Assembly (NCBI GenBank): GCA_951406725.2
Contig: OX597817.1
Location: 37,820,001 to 37,884,000 of the forward strand
Direction of reading: 5' to 3'
DNA length: 64,000 nucleotides
Origin: Octopus vulgaris
Taxonomy: Eukaryota
A model generated the notes under the pieces. The model was not told the origin of the DNA. It was given only the letters and a program-made list of their open reading frames with translations, and made no database searches. Position 1 is the first letter of the stretch, and each line of letters begins with the position of its first letter. Made by a program: the position numbers and the translations under genes. Below are positions 55,710 to 64,000 of this stretch, in pieces.

Positions 55710-56277
55710 TTGGGTTGTCCAGAAAGTTCATGCCTATTTATGGTACCTTACCTTTCAACTTATTTTAGAACATGGTTGAGTCCATGAAATAGGATTTGAC
55801 TACACCTCCATTTAGAGCACAGTTTAAGCCATCTTTTCATGGAAGAAGGTTTATGTTCCTATAACCTGTGTTAATTCTGTAACCCTTTAAAATGGAAGAT
55901 AAGAAAGTTCATTTTCGGCACTTGATGCTTTGAGAACCAGACAAAAATTGCTGCAGCTCGGCTGGGATGTGTTACCCCACCCTCCATATTCACCAGATAT
56001 TGCTCCTTCGGATTTCCACTTATTCAGGTCTCTGCAGAATAGTCTTAATGGTAAAAATTTCAATTCCTTGGATGACATAAAAAAAGATAGCTTGATGAAT
56101 TCTTTGCCATGAAACCACCTCAATTCTGGGCAGAGGGTATTTTCATGTTAAAGGAAAGAGGGAGACACATTGTGCAACAAAATGGCTCATATTTGGTTGA
56201 TTAAAAATGTAATGGCAAGTATTTATTGACCTTTTTCTTTCCTTTAAAAATCGGCACAAACTTTCCAGACAACCCAG
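55710..56277 (+). mobile_element. Internally deleted mariner (DD34D, Hsmar1/cecropia-like)
   Basis: TIR TTGGGTTGTCC.GAAAGTT / AACTTTCCAGACAACCCA. MEDKKVHFRHLML is fused to GWDVLPHPPYSPDIAPSDFHLFRSLQNSL. Confidence 0.9.
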
Positions 56278-56289
56278 TTTTAATAAGCT

Positions 56290-56660
56290 TATTGTATACA
56301 GTGCTCAGGTGCACCGCAACTGACCAGCAAAGGGTGAAAGAGAAAACAGAAAGCAAACATATAAGTCAAGTAAAGAAAGACAGCAATGATAGCTAGAAGT
56401 ACATGTACAGTACATGAAATAGAACACAAAGAGACAGAAGTGGACAGCAAAAGAGTCATAAAGAGGAAATGGTACACCACGAATAGTGTTGGCGAATTTC
56501 AGAAAGCATAGAGTTTTAGAAGGATGCAGTGTTCTGATAACTAATGCTGGTAGTTTATTCCATGCTTCAGTTTTGAATCTGAAAAAATTGTTTCTCAGTA
56601 TTTTTTTAATGACTATTTTAACAATGATATCTATGTATTGATGAAGAACAGGAGATGATA
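56290..56660 (-). pseudogene. CR1/L2-type LINE 3' end fragment
   Basis: RNNFFRFKTEAWNKLPALVI matches the NFF...WN.LP motif. Confidence 0.6.
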
Positions 56661-57491
56661 GTACAGACACATACGTAAATTTGTTGCTAGTTGTTATTGT
56701 TGTTTTTAGCCCCAGGTTAGCTGTGATCCTGTAGGCCTGTATTCAAAGGCAATCTACCCAGAGCTACTCCATCATTAATTTTATATGTTTTTATTAATAA
56801 AATAGTGGACTGCTTTTCAGTCGATATTTTTATGGATTTCAACAATGAAATTTGTACAGATGAAGTATGTAGCTGCTATTTCCAGCTTGCTGAGTAATAG
56901 CAGTACACACACATACACACAGGTATGCACACTTGCGCACACATGCGTGTATGCACCCATACTTGGTCACTCATTATTGTTGTTTAGCCTAAGCTCTGAT
57001 CTTGCAGACCAATAATCAAAGACAATCCACCTATGACCACCCTATTTTTTATTTTTGCAGGCATAATGTACCATGAACTACATTATCAAAAGGTCTCCTT
57101 TTAAAAAAAACGGCAGAGAGTGACATATGATTTGGGGATAGAAAAAAGACAAGAAGGTTTCGTTTGGAATATTTCTGAAAAAGATGGTATTTTGATGGTT
57201 AGAACATCTCTGATAAAGATTGCCATATAGAAGGACACAAGTTCTATAACCTTCACTAATGCACGAATGAACCAGATCTGTTGTATTCCATTTTGAAAAT
57301 GTTTTTGTTTCAGAAGCTAAGCAGTAGGGATAGTGATCAGGTACTTTATATTTTATTGTCCTTTGGAAGAATGAAAGTTGACTTAATGCGTATTTGAAGT
57401 CAAAACATAAATTGCTTTTTGACAAGAGTTGCATGAAGAGCATTGAATAAAATATATGCATCTTTTACTTGTTTAATTGACCCCTGTACTT

Positions 57492-57750
57492 CATTATCAT
57501 TATCATCATCGTTTAACGTCCGTTTTCCATGCTAGCATGGGTTGGACGGTTCATCTGGGGTCTGGGAAGCCAGAAGGCTGCGCCAGGCCTGGTCTGATCT
57601 GGCAGTGTTTCTACAGCTGGATGCCCTTCCTAACGCCAACCACTCTGTGCTTTTTACGTGCCACCTGCACAGGTGTCAGACGAGGCTGGCAAACAGCCAC
57701 AATCGGATGGTGCTTTTTACGTGCCACCGGCACGGGGGCCAGACGAGGCT
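57492..57750 (-). mobile_element. RTE-tail SINE-like element
   Basis: Reverse complement of the 11818-12372 family 3' part. Confidence 0.8.
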
Positions 57751-58029
57751 GATTTTTAAAAATCCTGGTAATTATGCTATCGGTCCCTTTTGCTGAATCG
57801 CTGAGTAACACACCAACACTGGTTGTCAAGTGGTAGTGAGGAACAAACACACACACGCGCACACATACAACGGGCTTCTTTCAATTTGTCTACCAGTTTC
57901 ACTCACAAGGCTTTGGTCAACCTGGGGCTATAGTAAAAGATATTTGCCCAAGGTGTCACACTGTGAGATTGAACTCGGAACCATATGGCTTGGAAGCAAA
58001 CTTCTTATCACACAGCAACACCTATGCCT

Positions 58030-58530
58030 ATCATATTAAATGTTTGTGTACTGTTGGATATGAAAAACCCTTTCATTGTAGAAATTGTCTATAGAGAAAT
58101 TTCTCATAGATGTGTAAAAACACATTATGCAAAGGATGACATCATCAGATCAAGAGATGCATGCATTACTGCATTACTGCATGTCATCAGCTACAAATAC
58201 TGAATCCCTCCTTCACAGCCCTTTAAGAATGATTCTTATATATAACAATAGCAAACTGTACAATTGCTGACAAGAATTAAACTTGGTCACAGTGGAATTA
58301 ACTTGAAAATTCTTTTCGTAGACAATATGTATGAAAACATATACTGTTTTGAAAGTTAGCTGACAGTATGCAACCTCACAGAAATGCATCCTATGATCTG
58401 ATGACATCATTCATACCCCAATGTGTTTTTCACATACGTTGTCCATGAGAAAAATTTCTTATTAAGATTATTTCTGCAGCAAAAGATTTTTATACCTTAT
58501 CTATGTGTGTATGAACATGTTAAATATGAT
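58030..58530. repeat. Ancient imperfect foldback
   Basis: AGAAATTTCTCAT...AAAACACATT...GATGACATCATCAGATCA is mirrored at 58350-58460. Confidence 0.6.
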
Positions 58531-59847
58531 TGAACATGCATATAACTGTTTCTAACTAAATACATCACAGAACATGTTGTCTGACACTACCAACTCTGCC
58601 TATCCACTGCCTTCTCAGACTGGTGATTTAATGCAAATACATTTGATGGTGTATGAACATCCAGATAAAATTGTGCGAACAGAGGTGTATGAACATGCAA
58701 ACATGCATCCAAAGAAAAGAAGGCCATCTAACTTAATGACATTATTACAGTGGTCTCAGCTTATCAGAGGTGGATGGCCAGGTACCACTGCCACTCAGGC
58801 ACACTGGGTCACACAATTTCTCACCAGCCAAAATGTGTTTACCCTTATCGCATCATCTGAACCTCTGCACCGACCACTACACACAGTTTTTCCTGTCCAG
58901 AAGGTTGGATCTTGGAAATTCCACCCTCCCTGATCCTGATTTACCTGTAGCTTTTATTAGGTAGCTGTTCAAGAGGAACATTAACTGTGTTGGCCTCACT
59001 GATATTGTAAGGCCAGCAAGGATAATGGGAGCACCTCTTTCTTCCAAATCAAATTAACAAAACAAAATCACACTTAAAGTTGCAAGGACACATACATGAA
59101 CAAGCCAGCACAAACACATACACATGAAAATGTACTAACCCACAAGCATAAACATACCAGCAAACACATGTGAAGAGGTATATAAACATAACAGAAGAGC
59201 ATGCATCCAAATTCACATGCTAACATGCATGTGATCATGCATGCTAACACACATATGAACATGAATGTAAGCATGGTGTGTAAACAGGTATGCAAACACA
59301 TGAAAGTTTGCAAGCATACATGCTTATATATCTGTAATCATGCATGCAAACACATACCTAAGCCTGGATGCAAATGCATATACAAACACATGCATGCACA
59401 CACACACACACACACACCTGAAGCATTAGGTCCCAGCAATTCATTGCTTGCAGGTGCTATTAAACAAATTTAATGAATGTAAATGCGATTTTTAAAAAAA
59501 ATCATGAAATGTATTTAAAATAATAATTAAAGCAAGCACAAAAATTAAAGTGGTTCTATATACTGAACTTTATACATTTAAAATCCAAAGTTTATTACGG
59601 TCTAATCAGTTTTTTTATTTCCTGCTAATTAGTGCTCTAAAAGATCTCTTTTAACAATCTTTCCCTAATTGTGATTGATAATTTGATTAATGCTTCATTC
59701 TCCATTTTTTATATTTCCTTTTAGCTTAAAGAATAGTATAATAAAAGACAAAACGTTGTCTTTTGACATTTTTGCTTGTTTTAACTGGGATTCCATCATA
59801 AGAAATGCTTCCGACTCTATTTTCTTTTTCCCATTAGTAGAATTGAT

Positions 59848-59901
<54 letters not shown>

Positions 59902-60521
59902 TATGGTTCTGTGTAAAACCTTGTATTATCTCACTTCAGATATAAATTTATAATGAAAATTAATTTATAACATCCTATCAATGTGTTTGTGTGTGTGTGG
60001 TGTATATGTATGTATGCATAGACACACCATGCATACATGATGTGTGTTTGGTGTTTATATGATGTTTGTTGCATGGTGTGGTGTATTGTGTTGCAACGCT
60101 CAACTACGTCTTAATTAAAGAATTATTATTGTTATTAGGGTGGCAAGATGGCAGACAGAATGTTTTGCAACATTTCCTCTGGCTCTTTATTTTCCGAGTT
60201 CACATTCCCCACTAGGTTGACTTTACCTTTCACCCTTTCAGGGTTGAAAAATAATACTGGGATCTATATCATCAACTTCTCTCTTTCTTCCCTTCAAATT
60301 TCCTGGCCTTATACTAAAATTCAAAACTGTCATTGTTTAGTTTTTTAATTTGCTTTTACTGTTACATGAACTATTGTGACCTTTGTATTCTGCTGAAAAA
60401 ATTTCATCTCAAATTGTTGAAGTATTTTGGCATAGCCACAATGTTAAATTTTTGTTTCTAAGAAAGGAATGTGGCTGACAGAATTTTTACTCTGGTTTGT
60501 TACTGGTATTTCTTTCATTGT

Positions 60522-60800
60522 GAAGGTGCATGGCTTAGTAGTCAGGGGCATTTGGCTCATGATCGTAAGGTCGTGAGTTCAATTCCCGGCGGTGCGTTGT
60601 GTCCTTGAGCAAGACACTTTATTTCACGTTGCTCCAGTCCACTCAGCTGGCAAAAATGAGTAGTACCTGTATTTCAAAGGGCCAGCCTTGTCACACTCTG
60701 TGTCATGCTGAGTCTCCCCGAGCACTACGTTAAGTGTATACATGTTTGTGGAGTGCTCAGCCACTTGTACATTAATTTCATGAGCGAGCTGTTCCATTGA
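60522..60800 (+). mobile_element. tRNA-derived SINE family D
   Basis: TGGCTTAGTAG A-box-like, GAGTTCAATTCCC B-box-like, GTGTCCTTGAGCAAGACACTT. Confidence 0.8.
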
Positions 60801-60802
60801 TC

Positions 60803-60849
<47 letters not shown>

Positions 60850-61203
60850 GGAGAGAAGAAAAGAAATGGAGCAATAATTAACAATGAGATGTTGATCATT
60901 GTTATTAAAAGGTCATAGTTTAATTGTAGTTCAGAACCATTTACAGCTGTTTCTGTTTATCAAATCAAAGTAAATTTGCATTTATCTCATTCCATTTAAC
61001 AAACATTTTCAGAATGATTTCTTTCCTTTTCTATATATATTAAACCACAGTTTTACCTTTAAATTACCAGCTACTGTATACCTTATAGCTAGGAATATAC
61101 ATAGTGAAGTAATACACCACTTGTGCCTATGGATTAATTTATTATCCCTTGGAAGGTTACATAACCTCTAACTCATAATTTTCTTAACACACACACACAC
61201 ACG

Positions 61204-61235
<32 letters not shown>

Positions 61236-61403
61236 GTGTGTGTGTGTTACTGTATTCTATTTATGAACTCCCCAGTCAATCATTTTCAGTGCATTATTTG
61301 GATAATATTAACTTCTCTGTACTTAAATTGATACTGCTTCACTTTGCTGGAAAGTAGACACCTTTTGATTTTTTACTATTCTCACCTTGTTTACCTTCAC
61401 CAG

Positions 61404-61455
61404 AATCTACAGGACTATAGAAGTGAACTGGACAGTGGAAACTTAACATTATGTT
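61404..61455 (+). other. Candidate 52-nt exon
   Basis: Pyrimidine-rich acceptor ...TTCTCACCTTGTTTACCTTCACCAG and donor TT|GTGAGT; ends in ATG TT. Confidence 0.3.
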
Positions 61456-62196
61456 GTGAGTGTTGAACCTGCACTCCACATGATTCATCCCTGTCAGGTC
61501 CTCAGCTGGACAGAAGCATTGTATATCTAGAAGAGATCTGGATTGCACCCAGTCTTTCAGCTAATTCCTCTACCCATTATGTTTGCTTGATTTGACCTGA
61601 TCTGGGACTTTCCAACAGTAATAATTTATACATCAAATTCTTTCTTGATATTAGACTGAAGGCTATAATTAGTCTTGGAAAAGTCAGAATAGTAGAAATT
61701 ATGGATTAAATACCTTGCAGCAGGCTTGGCTTGGTGATGAAGAAGTGCACTTCCATACCATGTGGTTCTCAGTTTGATCCCACTGCATGGCACTTTAGTC
61801 AGAAGTCTACTTTCAGTTGATTTATACTTGGGAGTGAAATTTAGTTGATGGAAACTATGTGGAAATGCAATGCTTTGTCATAGTCTTCTTCGTTGTTTTG
61901 ATGTCCACTTTTCTGTGCTTGCATGGGTCAGATGAAACTTTTTGTGGTAGATTTTCACTGACCCTCAACTGTTTTTAAGCAACATATTTCCTTCCATCCT
62001 TCAAACAATGAGCAACTCAATGGCCATACATTCACAGAGGATTGTAAACAAAGGTCACTATTTCTCTGATGGTGACCCGTTTACAATTAATGTGCACATG
62101 TCAAAAGAAGAGAAAAACCAAATTTCATTCAAAAAAGGTCAACCTGCAGTTATAGTAAGACACCAGCCAACCTTCTCTACACAGAACAAACCTTAA

Positions 62197-62808
62197 CCCT
62201 TTTGATATCAACCTACCTGACACTACCCTTGGTTCTATAACGCAAACTTCCTGGTTTAAAGTGATCTAAATTAAAAATCTTCCATCAAAATTTTATCTTA
62301 AATCCTTAAAAATGTTTCAGCTCGAAAGCTGTGGCCATGCTGGGGCACCACCATTGAATGTGCTCTACTAGTATGTGAAACCACCTCTGATATGTGGCAC
62401 TTGGTAAACAAGGGAGTTGAACACCACTGCCCGCATCTGTGTTTCCTGCCGAGAGGTAGGTTCAACTGGAACACCTGACAAGAAGAGCTCCAGTTTAGTT
62501 TTAAAGAAACCCACATCCACACCATGCAGGTCTCTCAGGCATTTAGGAAGGATATTGAAGAGCTGTGGTCCCCTGAAACCCAAGCTGTTGCAGTATCTGG
62601 TCCTGTATTTTGATGGTGATGTTGGGATCTTTGGCACCATGCAGTGGTGCCCCGTTCTGCTGTTGGGATAACTTTCAATGCCAAGATGTTAATTTATGAT
62701 CCATACGCCAACTTAATTATGACTATTATTTTATTAATTTTTTTTTGTTATTTTCGAAATTAATTGAAACAGAAGCAGTGTATTTCAACAGGTATGATAA
62801 TAAAAGGG
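62197..62808. mobile_element. piggyBac-like MITE containing a CR1-type insertion
   Basis: TTAA|CCCTTTTGATATC...GATAATAAAAGGG|TTAA. Confidence 0.75.
62300..62685 (-). pseudogene. 5'-truncated CR1-type LINE (ORF2 C-terminus and 3'UTR)
   Basis: NSLGFRGPQLFNILPKCLRDL...FKTKLELFLSGVPVEP, then tail GGTGCCCCAGCATGGCCACAGC...GCTGAAAC. Confidence 0.8.
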
Positions 62809-63938
62809 TTAAAGTGATCTAGAAACATTAATTTATGATCCATACACCAGCTTAATAATGGCAGCTGTTTTACTAAATTATCATTTTCAAAATTAATTGA
62901 AACGAATCAATGTATATTTCATCAGAAATATGGTAATGGAAGGCTTGAACCACATGGTTCCAAAGCTAACTTGTTAATCACACAGCCATACCTGCATCTA
63001 TTATTAAATGCTTATTTGTACATATGTGTGGGTGTGTCTCTGTGTGTGTGTATACTGTGTGAACTCGAAATTATTGAAGTATTAGATCAATCATCAGGTT
63101 AGAGAGATTATTTGCCTCTGCCTAATGTTTGCTTTCTTTCTCTTTTCTCCTTCACCTAATGAACTTTTTGACAGTCCCACCACCACCACCACCACCAACA
63201 TTACCATCACCACCTTACACCTATTAACTCTACAGCTCATCTTTACCACTATCTTGTCTCCCATCACTTCACTTCTCATTTCATCTTCTATCCTACCCTT
63301 CCTTTCTTACCTATATTTATTCTATCAACCATTCCATCTTCATCCTCCACTACCTAGCAATATTCTTGTTTATTAATTCATTTTCCCCTAGAAATTTTTT
63401 ATTTTTTTGCTGTTTTGTTGTATTTTTCTTACTTATGACCTTTCTTTCTCCTTTTGTGTGAGTGTAAGCATATTTTATCTATACACCCCAATATATATAT
63501 ATATATATATATATGTAATAAATTAATAGATAAATAAAACATATGCATATATACATACATATATGTACGTACTTACCTCTACATGTATATATACATGTAT
63601 ATATGGGTACAGGACACCAAAAAAAACGTCGAACACAATGGGAAACGAGAACATAAACACAAAACCAAGGAAATGGACATTTTTCTTAATATTATACACA
63701 CAGATATAGATAGATACACATGTATTTTTATAAACACACCTATGCATGTACAAATACATTGAGGGTGTTGAGATTACTCTCTGTTGTTATTCCAAGTTTC
63801 ACAATTATTCTCTGGTGAATGAAGAATCAGAAAACTGACTTGTGACTGTACTCTTCTTTGGTATTGAGTACTTTTCCTTTTGTTTGTATTTTCAATCACA
63901 CACCACCACATACACCGTGGAGTGTGTGTGTGTGTGTG

Positions 63939-64000
63939 TGGAGGCCAATGGCCCAGTGGTTAGGGCAGTGGACTCGTCGTCGTAGGATCGCGGTTTTGAT
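63939..64000 (+). mobile_element. tRNA-derived SINE head (truncated by window end)
   Basis: GGAGGCCAATGGCCCAGTGGTTAGGGCAG A-box-like start. Confidence 0.55.

Noticed and set aside
58574-58933. 119-aa ORF
   Set aside because: No recognisable domain or supporting splice structure; likely chance or old transposon debris.

Overview
Repeat-dense, AT-rich animal genomic DNA. The repeat inventory (tRNA-derived SINEs with internal (TA)n/(TG)n tracts, abundant microsatellites, RTE, CR1, R4 and Penelope debris) suggests an octopus genome; this is inferred, not proven. No intact protein-coding ORF was found: the long ORFs in the track are microsatellite or repeat artefacts or decayed transposon frames. 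The window holds at least four SINE families, fragments of RTE, CR1/L2, R4/Dong, Penelope and probable L1/Tx1 LINEs, mariner (DD34D), maT (DD37D) and hAT-Buster remnants, MITEs (Merlin-like with 8-bp TSD, pogo, hAT, piggyBac), a Helitron-like element and solo LTRs. CpG content, judged by eye, suggests two divergent methylated gene bodies (left of about 14-17 kb and right of about 48-52 kb) around an unmethylated intergenic block. Only candidate UTR exons are visible. The most striking signal is a set of (TA)n-embedded foldback elements, several carrying minimal hammerhead-ribozyme-like motifs with palindromic stem III and non-canonical cores (CUGUNGA; U3-A8), resembling Penelope-like-element pseudo-LTRs. 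Most repeat boundaries are approximate.
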